A stretch of 63,940 nucleotides of DNA, filler included, from Octopus bimaculoides (Eukaryota), in NCBI RefSeq assembly GCF_001194135.2. It is 9 parts of 6 records of this genome, joined end to end, with 100 filler letters (N's around TTAATTAATTAA, not from the genome) between each part and the next. Parts side by side here need not be neighbours in the genome. Positions count along the whole stretch, not along the records: positions 11,407 to 18,674 come from NC_069002.1; positions 18,775 to 33,835 come from NC_068984.1; 7 more parts are not named here. One strand, given 5' to 3'. Position 1 is the stretch's first letter, and each line of letters opens with the position of its first letter. Below the pieces are notes generated by a model, which was not told the origin of the DNA, did not search any database, and was given only the letters and a program-made list of their open reading frames with translations. The position numbers were made by a program, and so were the translations under genes. Of this stretch, positions 13,545 through 24,365 are shown piece by piece.

Positions 13545-14978
13545 ACTAGAAAAGGTTTTTGATCAAATGGGAGGGCTTTTTTTTTTTCTTGATGCTCCCA
13601 CAGGAACTGGAAAAACATTTGTCACTAAGCTTTTACTTGCCAAAGTACGACAAGAGAAAAGATAGCTTTGGCTGTAGCTTCTTCAGGTATTGCTGCTACT
13701 TTACTCCCAGGAGGAAAAACAGCTCACTCTACTTTCAAATTGCCCTTTAATATAGCTAGCACTGAGACACCAGTTTGTAATATTAGCAAAAAATCTGGGA
13801 TGGGACAAATACTAATGAAGTGTCATCTCATTATTTGGGATGAATGTACAATGGCCAACAAAAAGTCTTTGGAAACTCTGAATTGAAGCTTGCAAGATTT
13901 AAGAAATTCTAAATTATTAATGGGCGGGGTTACCACTGTACTATCAGAAGATTTTGTCAGACTTTGCCTGTAATTCCACAGGGAACTAAGGCAGATGACT
14001 TAACAGCATGCTTGAAGTCCTCCTATTTGTGAAGACATGTAACAAAAATGAGCCTAACTAAGAACATGAGAGCCATTCTTTTGGGCGATGTTTTGTCTGA
14101 AGAATTTGCTCAAAATTTATGAGAACTTGGAGAAGGTAGAGTACCCCTAGATGAAAATAATCGTTTAGATGTATTTCTAATTAGTATATCAGTTTCATCT
14201 CTTGATGAAAGTGTTTTTCCAAATTTTCAAGACCTCCAACAAAACCATAAGTACTTACATAAAAGGGTAATACTTGAACCAAAAAAAAACTATCACTATC
14301 AACACCATAAACAATAAGTTATTGAACTGCATTTCAGGAAATACACAGACTTACAAATCTGTAGATTCAGTTTCAGATCCTGCAGAGGCTGTCAATTATC
14401 CTGTTGAATTCTTAAATTCTTTGGAACCTTCTAGGCTTCCACCACACTGACTTCTCTTAAAGGTAGGAGCCATTATCATGCTACTATGGAACTTTGATCA
14501 GCCTCAGTTGTGTAATGGCACTAGACTAGTCGTTAGAAAATTAATGCCTCATATTATTCAGGCTACTATTTTGACTGGGTATTTTATGGGAGAAGAGGCA
14601 CTTATACCAAGAGTACCTTTGATTCCATCTGACACAGAAATACCTTTTGTATTCAAAAGGCTACAATTTCCAGTGAAACTCAGCTTTGCTATGTCTATAA
14701 ATAAATCACAGACACAAACATTATCTGTTGCTGGGCTACAACTCAAAGAAAATTGCTTTTCTCATGGGCAACTGTATGTAACATGTACAAGAGCTGGAAA
14801 TCCATGCAGTCCTTTTACATATGCTCCTTCTGGAAAAATGCATAACATTGTTTATAAGGAAGTTCTATATTTAGAATAAATAGTAAATAAGATGAACAAA
14901 TAAAACAATTAAACAATATCATATGGCAGTTGGCTCCCAAGTAACACCAGGTAACCTTGATGTGTGTGTGTGTGTGTT

Positions 14979-15067
<89 letters not shown>

Positions 15068-15751
15068 ACGTGCGTGCGTGCATGCATGCATGTGCTTCTC
15101 CACTTTCTATGTTTTAAATACCAGATATTACAATTCTGCAAATAAAATGTCTTTCAAAATTGCAATTGCTTATCACTTTTTTGCCCTGCTTAATTATGTA
15201 CCATAAATATTTTAATGTTCCAGATTTTGTTTTAGAAGTATATGTTTCAAACATAGGAGACCGTGATTCCACACAAAATTTAGGGCTAGTATTGGGGGGT
15301 TGGGTTCAGGATATAATACTAGGGTAGTATTTTAATTCAGATTATAGTTTAGATTTTAGGGATAAAATTAGGATTAGGATCTTGAGTTAAGTTTTAAAGT
15401 AAGAGCTGAGAGTTAACATTTAATGTTAGGGTTTTGAGTTAGCATTTAGGAATAAATTTTGAGTTAGGATAAGGGTTAGTTGAAACAGAAATAGAAAAGG
15501 GGTTCAAAAGATTTGAATTTGTGTACAGATTTTTACAGAATTGAACTTGCATATGTTTGGAATATGGATATCCAACTATATTCTTAAAAGAAGAAAAATA
15601 AAAAGGTCTACAAAGTGTTCTTAGTCTGAAATTTTGTTGACTGTTTTTTTTTTCTTTGGAAATATTTACTATAAGTTAGATAAAGAGCTTTGTGATGTTA
15701 CTGTTAATTCTCTGAGTCGTTAACTCAGGTAATGCCAGGTATTTCAGCTAG
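13545..15751 (+). mobile_element. Helitron 3' part: frameshifted PIF1-type helicase plus 3' terminus
   Basis: Motifs LDAPTGTGKTF, AVASSGIAATLLPGGKTAHSTFKLP, IIWDECTM, NGTRLVV, RLQFPVKLSFAMSINKSQ and FSHGQLYV, with several stops and frameshifts. Ends in a CpG-decayed hairpin ctcaggtaatgccagg followed by tatttcagCTAG|T at 15751. Confidence 0.9.
14960..15065 (+). repeat. (GT)n microsatellite inside the Helitron 3' region
   Basis: Seen directly. Confidence 0.95.
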
Positions 15752-15800
15752 TATATATATACTCATATGTATCTATATATATACATATATACTCACACAT

Positions 15801-15865
<65 letters not shown>

Positions 15866-16810
15866 GGTTCAGTTGAATTAGATATTTGAATATAGGCACC
15901 TAGCTAGTTTGGTATAGTCCACGCAGCTCGAAATTAGGTACATAAAAATTAAATAAGTAACAAGGATGTCCAGATGCATTATGGCCATTTCAACTGGCTC
16001 AATTTAATCAATCAATGAAAACATTACATCAATTTGAAATACAAAGTATAAACTGTTTTTTTTTTTTAGCACAATATACACCAGTATTAGAAATCTCTTT
16101 GCTATGTTTGTGGCAAAATGAATTTAGGGAAAAAACCTAAAGCCTACTATAATTTAGAGAGTAGCAGAGGAAAATAGTGGGGGGTCAAGAAAAAGAAGTG
16201 GTGAGATAGTTAATTTATATTTATTTTATCTATGTTTTATTTATAAGAATTTATGCAGCATATATAGTCTACAACCCTTTGGAGTTAAATCCCTTGGGAG
16301 TTGACAGATAAGTTCCAGTTGATGGTGATAAATTAATTAATGTCAGATACTCTCCCAGATCAGTAATTTACAAAGACCATATATCTCACTTTATCTACAT
16401 AAAGAGATATGTCCCAGAGCTGCTATAAGGAGAATGGCTGATAGCGAATAGGTGACAACTAGATGGAGGAAGAACAGGGAAGGCTAGTACATATACAGAT
16501 TATCAAAAGGGGAGTAAAATGGAGAACAAAAGAGATCAAAATAAGTTCTAAGGGTGGGAATTAGAATCAAGGGTTACGATGTGTATCATGACTTAGCCAA
16601 CTTTATTATATTAAAAATTCAGAAAGGAAATTTAGAACAATATAAAGGAAAAAGGATAGATAATAAAACTTAAACCTTAAAAAAATGGGGTACTTAGAAA
16701 AACAATTTTTATATATAAAAAAAATATCAGTGTTATGAAGGAATCATGAAAGGATATAAAGAAGGTATACAAACACCACACACACACACACACACATATA
16801 NNNNNNNNNN

Positions 16811-17110
16811 CGAGTGTTGGGCCTCACAGAGGCAATGACCAAGACCTTTGGCATTATGTCATGCTTGAGAAGAAGACCCATCAAGCCAAGGAAAATTGCA
16901 GTTGTGGCAGATACCAGTGTCATGCAAATTGGCACCGGTGCCAGTGGTACATAAAAGCACCCATTACACACTCAAAGTTGTTGGTGTTAGGAAGGGCATC
17001 CAGCTGTAGAAAACCATGACTGGAGTCAGGTGCAACCTTCCAGTGTGCCAGCCCAGTCAAACCGTCCAACCCATGCCAGCATGGACAACAGACATTAAAT
17101 GATGATGATG
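16811..17110 (+). mobile_element. RTE-LINE 3' end or RTE-tail SINE (family E) ending in (GAT)n
   Basis: aagcaccc.ttacac...ggttggtgttaggaagggcatccagctgtagaaa...gtccaacccatgc.agcatgga...taaatgatgatgat; same tail at 53040, 40190, 45035 and 11453. Confidence 0.7.
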
Positions 17111-17129
17111 ATATATATATGTATATATA

Positions 17130-17400
17130 CATGCATATATGGGTCCAGGACATCAAAAAAAAACATGAACAAAATGAGAAACGAGAACATAAACAAAAAC
17201 ATAGAAAACAAACTTTTTTTTGAACAACGAAAGAAACAAATAGAGAAACAAGAGACGCAACATAAAGAGTATTCCCTTCATCAGTTGTCCCCTGTTTTAT
17301 CTACTCCACGTCTTGAAGGTAGGGACAATATGCAACTTCATTAAAACAGTCCTTCCTACAAAGCAAATTAAATAAAATTTGGGATTTTTTGCAGAGGGTT
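17130..17400. mobile_element. Dispersed repeat, probably Penelope-associated
   Basis: Start (ggacatcaaaaaa..tgaacaaaatgagaaac) recurs at ~18288. The minus strand carries CTGATGAAGGG (~17276-17283) without a GAAA. Confidence 0.4.
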
Positions 17401-17842
17401 AAAGTGGTAGGAAAAACAAGACAGTAAGAACAAAACAGTAAAAACAAATGGTGAGGACTGTTAAGCCAAGACAATGTGAAGTGGTGATTGCTGGAAAAAC
17501 GAGCTTTGAGAAGAGACAGGCAAAAGCACATCTTGTCTTTAGGAAGGAAGTGGAAGAAAGAAAGATGGATAGCCGTTGGTCATGTGTGAGCAACAAGAGA
17601 GTCAAGGAGGAAGAGTGAGAGAGAGAGAGAGAGGGAACGATGAAGGGAAGAGAAGAAGAATAGGAAAAGGGTGGGAGAGAAAAACAGAAAGGAAGAAGAA
17701 CAAAAGAGGGAGATAGAAAGAATACAGATAGGATAGAGTGCGCATCAGAATTATTAAGATAAAACTTACTTGGAAATGGATGCATGGCATTCAATCATAT
17801 AATAATATAAATAATAGATAAATATATGCATATATACATACA

Positions 17843-18222
17843 GGAGGCGCAATGGCCTAGTGGTTAGGGCAGCGGATTCGCGGTCATAGGACCGCAGTTT
17901 CGATTCCCAGACTGAGTGTTGTGAATGTTTATTGAGCGAAAACACCTGAAGCTCCACGAGACTCCAGCAGGGGATGGTGGCGAACCCTGCTGTACTCTTT
18001 CACCACAACTTTCTCTCACTCTTACTTCCTGTTTCTGTTGTGCCTGTAATTCAAAGGGTCAGCCTTGTCACACTGTGTCACGCTGAATCTCCCCGAGAAC
18101 TACGTTAAGGGTACACGTGTCTGTGGAGTGCTCAGCCACTTGCAAGTTAATTTCACGAGCAGGTTGTTCCATTGATCGGATCAACTGGAACCCTCGAAGT
18201 CGAAAGCGACGGAGTGCCAACA
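17843..18222 (+). mobile_element. tRNA-head SINE family A, full length
   Basis: A box tggcctagtgg, B box gtttcgattcc; colinear with the other copies. Confidence 0.9.
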
Positions 18223-18342
18223 CACACATATACATACATATATGTACATACCTACATACTTGTATATATACATGCATATATGTGTACAGGACATCAAAAA
18301 AACCTGAACAAAATGAGAAACAAGAGCATACTCATATACATA

Positions 18343-18385
<43 letters not shown>

Positions 18386-18404
18386 TCATATATATATACA
18401 CACT

Positions 18405-18674
18405 GCGGGACAACCTGTTGAAAGCCACCGACCAGATTTGTGGGTGGTGTAAGGTCCCCTCCCGACCCAGAGTAACGTGGTGGTGGAACAAGGAGGTAGA
18501 CAGGGCTATTAGACAAAAGAAACAGGCTTGGAAGGACTGTAAGAACGGTGGTAGCAGGGAATTGTACCAATGTGCCAGAAGGGAGGCTAGGCGACAGGTT
18601 TATTTAGCCAGAGGGGAAGCAGATAAGGAAAGATTTGCCAATGTTCTGCACCATGAGGACCAAAGACTCGAGGT
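18405..18674 (+). mobile_element. RTE-clade LINE ORF fragment (APE-RT linker)
   Basis: RPRVTWWWNKEVDRAIRQKK...RRQVYLARGEADKERFANVL overlaps the 47260 sequence; cut by a scaffold join. Confidence 0.85.
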
Positions 18675-18774
18675 NNNNNNNNNNNNNNNNNNNNNNNNNN
18701 NNNNNNNNNNNNNNNNNNTTAATTAATTAANNNNNNNNNNNNNNNNNNNNNNNNNNNNNNNNNNNNNNNNNNNN
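18675..18774. other. Artificial scaffold join
   Basis: 44N-TTAATTAATTAA-44N. Confidence 0.95.
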
Positions 18775-18830
<56 letters not shown>

Positions 18831-18839
18831 TACATATAT

Positions 18840-19629
18840 AAGGATAAGATCAATATTTTAAATAACGACCAAATCAAGTGGATGGAAAGTAACTAGGCAT
18901 TAGAAATTACTTATAGAATTTTTAGTATCACTGAAGTCATGACGAAAATATTTTTTAAACAGACAACACTAATGTGGATTTCTTATTTTCTTATTGTCTT
19001 ATTTCTGAGTTCTTATTTTCCAGATGGCCGTTCGCTTAAGTGTTCAAGAGCGAACTAAGATAGCAGAACGCTGTGAAGTGTGGAATTCCATTGTTTTTGT
19101 TCAGAGATGGTGGCGTGCATGGAAAGGTTTTGTTTAATCGCAGCCCGCTAAAATCAACACGTTAAGCAGCTCGTGAAAGTGGCCTAACAAAGACACGCAA
19201 TACGTACGGTGTTGCATAAAGAATTTAGTTTTCGTCCGTGGAAACCCCATTACGTACAGGAACTTAAAGCCTGAAAACTGTGACCGCAGAAGTCCAGATA
19301 TCCAGATCTCACTGCATGTGATTTTTACCTGTGGGGTTACACAAATGAGGAGGTGTACAAGACAAAACTTCGCACACTGGAGGACTTGGAGACACAGATT
19401 CAGGAGGTTCTCAATGATATCCCAGACGTTGTCCTTCAGAACGTTGTTCATTCTATCCCTGGCCGTTTGAGGAAACTGTTTGACTCCACCTGTTCTTATG
19501 TTGAAATATGATGATTTACTTTCATTTTTCCGTTTAATAAAGAACATGTATCATGTTCCAGTAAATTTGTAAAAGGAATATGGATTTTATTACCAATATT
19601 TAATGCCTACTTACTTTTCACCCAACCTG
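18840..19629 (+). mobile_element. Internally deleted Tc1/mariner element
   Basis: ATG at 19024 (MAVRLSVQERTKIAERCEVWNSIV). C-terminus reads, with frameshifts, ..CDFYLWGY..EVYKTKLRTLEDLETQIQEVLNDIP..SYVEI*. Right end ...caacCTG|TA. Left boundary approximate. Confidence 0.75.
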
Positions 19630-19635
19630 TATATA

Positions 19636-20930
19636 CAGGGTACAGTGAATAAATTGTCGTTTGAATTACGCAAAAATGAAAATAACTCTGCCATCTCATT
19701 TTAACAGATATATTTATCAAAATTGCATAAAAATATCTTGAAATATTAAAGAATAAATTTATTCAATAAAATCACTATTGGCTTCAACCATGGCCTCCAG
19801 ACAACTATGGAATCTCCTGCAACTCTTCTTGGCGGTCTTCTTGTTTAAGTTGATGAATGCAGCCATAATCCTTGCCTTCAGTTCATCTTTGGTGTTACAA
19901 GGAGTTCTGTTGGTCTGTCATTCAACTGCGTTCCACACATAATGATGAAGGGGGTTGCAATCTGGGGAGTTAGGTGGCCAAATGTTAGGGATGAGGTGGT
20001 TGCAGAAATTGTCTGACAGCCATGACTTGGTTCTCCTGCTTGTGTGGCATGGTGCAGTCCTGTTACCACACATAGGGTCTTCCAGCAGCCACCCTCTTGA
20101 CTACGGTCAGCATTACCTCCTCTAAGCACTTGCTGTAGTCCTCCGTGTTGAATCTGAGGCCGTGTGGGAAGATAAATGGAGGCATAACATCCGCATCACT
20201 AGGGATCAATCCAAACACCATGATGTTGACTGGATATTTGATTTTTATCACCTTTAGTCCATGTTTTGGGGACACAGCAAGCCAACCGTTGTCAACGGTT
20301 GCTCTGTGTTCACCATCTGATCCTGGCAGAAATTTCTCTCGTCTGAGAAATGCCAAAGCATGTTCGGTAGGAGGGGAATGCTTGAGTTTGTACAAAAGCT
20401 TCGTAGCACCGTCTTTCCTCTTGTCCTTGATGGATTGGGATACAAATTGGCCCTCTCTCATCTTGTATGAGGAATACCGAATGTCTTCATGCACTACCTG
20501 CCTGATAAGAAACTCAGACGCTCCCATGTCCCTGGTGAAGGACATGATTGATTTGGTGGGATCGTTGTCAATCATGGCCTGGATCTCATCAACAAATTCA
20601 GAAGCTCTTTTCTTATCAGAACGATCAGAGTGAGATTTCCGAGCTGCCCTACCTTCGTAATCACCATTAGACTCATACAACTCTTTCCGAATCTTTTGCA
20701 CTGTCCTCAGATTGACACACAAACACTCTGAAATGTTTGTATTGGAGCTTCCGGCATATTGGAGCATGTTGTTTCCAAATTTTTGGCAGAGTAAATTGCG
20801 TCATGGTGCTGTTTCTCACACAGACGGTGCTCAACTGACCCTACTCTACTATGTAGTCGACCAAATCAATAACAATGCCCATGCGCGAAATTAAAAATAT
20901 AAAATCGTGACAATTTACCCATCGCAACCT
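19636..20930 (-). mobile_element. Near full-length Tc1/mariner (maT/DD37D-like) with frameshifted transposase
   Basis: HTH region, SDERNF, VFGLIPSDADVMPPFIF, WPPNSPDCNP-like motif and C-terminus EAMVEANSDFIE* (stop 19759-19761). Imperfect ~26-bp TIRs (cagggt..taaattgtc / gacaattta..ccttg). Confidence 0.85.
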
Positions 20931-20997
20931 TGTTTTTATACACACACACACACACACACATGCCTGCATGCTCCGAATATATGTAAACGTATGTATT

Positions 20998-21185
20998 TCT
21001 GAAATATAGGTTTCAAACTTTGGCAAAAGGCCAACAATTTTACATAAAGTGTGATTCGACTACATCGACCCCAGCACTTGACTGAAACTTATTTTATCGA
21101 CCCCGAAAAGATGAAAGGCAAAGTCGACCTTGGCGGAATTTGAACTTAGAATGTAAGGACGGACGAGATTCTTGAACTTAACCAC
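20998..21185 (-). mobile_element. SINE family C/D
   Basis: tcgaccccgaaaagatgaaaggcaaagtcgaccttggcggaatttgaact shared with other copies. Its 3' end has an inverted copy at 21873-21946. Confidence 0.75.
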
Positions 21186-22126
21186 GCTCTGCAAATGTGT
21201 ACATGTGGAGACATGTGCTTGTTTGAGCTTGTGTATGTGTGTCTATGTGTGCACATGTATAGTACATATATGTGTGTGTGTGTGTGTGCGTGTGTGCGCG
21301 TGCGCGTATATATGAATGTATGTGTGCCTGTATGTGTGTGTGTGTATGTGTGTGTGTGTGTGCTCGCGCGCGAAAAAGAGTGGGAGGCAGCGGTAGTGAA
21401 ACTATTTATTACATTCTTTCGCAGTATCACATATCTTACTTTACATGAAAAGTACAAAGTATTTGTTTTCCATGTGTGTGCAATATATACATAGATATTT
21501 TGCGTATATTATATACAATATATATNNNNNNNNNNNNNNNNNNNNNNNNNNNNNNNNNNNNNNNNNNNNNNNNNNNNNNNNNNNNNNNNNNNNNNNNNNN
21601 NNNNNNNNNNNNNNNNNNNNNNNNNNNNNNNNNNNNNNNNNNNNNNNNNNNNNNNNNNNNNNNNNNNNNNNNNNNNNNNNNNNNNNNNNNNNNNNNNNNN
21701 NNNNNNNNNNNNNNNNNNNNNNNNNNNNNNNNNNNNNNNNNNNNNNNNNNNNNNNNNNNNNNNNNNNNNNNNNNNNNNNNNNNNNNNNNNNNNNNNNNNN
21801 NNNNNNNNNNNNNNNNNNNNNNNNNNNNNNNNNNNNNNNNNNNNNNNNNNNNNNNNNNNNNNNNNNNNNNNNGGATCGATGTAATCGACTCACACTTTAA
21901 GTAAAATTGTTGACCTTTTGCCAAAGTTTGAAACCTATATTTCAGAGTGGAGTACATTAATATAAAAGCTTTTGCATGTGGAGAGAGAACATATTTGAAA
22001 TAGACTCCTACATGCTTACGTCATTTTACAGTTTGTAGAAATCAACTTTATCATATGATTTCTCTCTGGCATCCGCTGACAACGGAAAAACGAGAGCATA
22101 TTTTTTAATGTATGTATATATATACA

Positions 22127-22157
<31 letters not shown>

Positions 22158-22344
22158 TGCTAACATTCACGCTTCATTACTTTTACTTGGGAAACCATCT
22201 TTTGATTATATATGAGTATATACCTCTCTCTCTGTGTATTTATATATATATACAAACATACGCATACATGTTCGCGTACTATTTGTGTGCATATAAGCCT
22301 GTGATAAATATAAGCATATAAAAACATACACACACACACACACA

Positions 22345-22560
22345 CATATATATATTCGAAGATATAGTTCGAATTCACAGAAAACAAAACGTGAAGACGG
22401 TTGTTGGAACAACAAGGGGGTGTATTGGTTTAACGCTTGAGAAAAATGGAAAAGTCTTTGACCTTTCGAGCCTACGCACTTCGACAGAAAGGATTAAGAG
22501 GGTAAAATAAACAGAGAGAGAATGAAAAGAAAAAGACTAAGAGAAAAAAATGTGTTGGGA
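22345..22560 (-). mobile_element. Penelope-associated repeat with decayed hammerhead (22456-22491)
   Basis: Minus strand cttt-CTGTCGA-agtgc gta ggctc-GAAAG-GTC-aaag; core carries two substitutions. Confidence 0.55.
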
Positions 22561-23169
22561 TTAACGGTTCAACATGATGAAATATAACGTTGCTTTCTGT
22601 CGAATGAATGATAAAGGAATTGAGTACTCAATACATGTTATAGAGGATCGACTTCCTATTGAAATTCGTGTCGGGAGACAGACAATCAGCGTCAGTTTAA
22701 ATTTTGATAAATGCTCGTGTATAAGTGTGTGTACAAGTATATGTGTATGTGCCTGTGTCTGTATGTCTGTAACTGAGCGCGTATATCTTACAGGTTGGTA
22801 TTTCCGTCTTATAGCGCAGATCATCTAAGTATGCCAGGTATATTAACTTGAACATATTAATTGCAACAGTAGAAGGGTAAGTGCCATACCCTCCTCTGAG
22901 TTGTAGCGATACCAGTAAAAGTGTCACCTTCATGTGGGTGCTTATCTTGTGAAGGTGTTGGTGGCAGTGGTGGTGGTGATTTTCAGCTAAAAACAACCCT
23001 GTTCGCGTAGTTACTGATTAAAAATGCTGTAGTCCTGTTTATCTAGCCCTTTCTACGTAACCAGGGGCATAGATCTCCAACACTTTTCTCCCCATCTAAG
23101 ACGGCAGAGTAGTATTTGAGGGAGCAATGGTTACTATCTCAAGGTTTTTTGTTCATTAGCTCGCCTTTA

Positions 23170-23244
<75 letters not shown>

Positions 23245-23247
<3 letters not shown>

Positions 23248-23620
23248 GGTGCAATGGCCCAGTTGTTAGGGCAGTAGATTCGCGGTCGTAGGATCGTGGT
23301 TTCGATTCCCAGACCGGGCGTTGTGAGTGTTTATTGAACGAAAACACCTAAAGCTCCACGAGCCTCCGGCAGGGGGCTGTGGCGAGACTTGCTGTGCTTT
23401 TTCACCACAACTTTCTCTCTTTCTTCTTGTTTCTGTTGTACCTGTATTTCAAAGGGCCAGCGTTGTCACACTGTGTATCACGCTGAATCTCCCTGAGAAC
23501 TACGTTAAGGGTACACGTGTCTGCAGAGGGCTCAGCCACTTGCACGTTAATTTCACGAGCAGGCTGTTCCCTTGATCAGATCAACTGGAACCCACGTCGT
23601 CGTGACCGACGGAGTTCCAC
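23245..23620 (+). mobile_element. tRNA-head SINE family A
   Basis: Colinear with 17843 and 50446. Confidence 0.9.
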
Positions 23621-23825
23621 ACTCATATTATAATGTAACCTCGTGGGCATCGGTACCATTTTCCTCTTTCTCCGTTCTTCCATTCTCCGAACTTTCCATC
23701 TTTCCGACGAAGGGTTACGCCCGAAACGTCATACACTCTCTCTTTCCTTTCCTGAGCGTCCAATAATACTATCCATATCACGTCCTCACTTTGTTGTTTT
23801 TTTTGTTTTTTTGTTATTGTTTTTT
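23621..23825 (+). mobile_element. Penelope-associated repeat with decayed hammerhead (23699-23735)
   Basis: tcttt-CCGACGA-aGGGTtacGCCC-GAAACGTC-ataca. Similar to the 22345 repeat but in the opposite orientation. Confidence 0.55.
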
Positions 23826-23827
23826 TG

Positions 23828-23859
<32 letters not shown>

Positions 23860-24120
23860 NNNNNNNNNNNNNNNNNNNNNNNNNNNNNNNNNNNNNNNNN
23901 NNNNNNNNNNNNNNNNNNNNNNNNNNNNNNNNNNNNNNNNNNNNNNNNNNNNNNNNNNNNNNNNNNNNNNNNNNNNNNNNNNNNNNNNNNNNNNNNNNNN
24001 NNNNNNNNNNNNNNNNNNNNNNNNNNNNNNNNNNNNNNNNNNNNNNNNNNNNNNNNNNNNNNNNNNNNNNNNNNNNNNNNNNNNNNNNNNNNNNNNNNNN
24101 NNNNNNNATATATATATATA

Positions 24121-24365
24121 TATAGGCGTAGTTGCGTGGCGAGAAGTTTGCATCCAATCCACACGGTTCGAGGTTCAGTCCCACTGGGTGGCACTTGTGA
24201 GTGGGTTTGGTAGACGGAAAGAGAATGAATCTGTCGTATATATATGTATATATCTATGTGTATGTGTCTTTGTCTTTGTATCTGTCTCCTACCACCGCCT
24301 GACAATCGGATATGGACTCTTTAGGTTGGCGTGACTTAGTGGTTCGACGTAAGAGACCGACTAAA
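24121..24365 (+). mobile_element. SINE family B, diverged and internally deleted
   Basis: ggttcagtcccactg...gtgagtgggtttggtagacggaaa, then microsatellite, then tgacaatcg. Confidence 0.7.

Noticed and set aside
17843-17915. tRNA gene (also at 23245, 50446, 7965-8037)
   Set aside because: tRNA-like A and B boxes continue into a shared ~300-bp body, so these are SINE heads.
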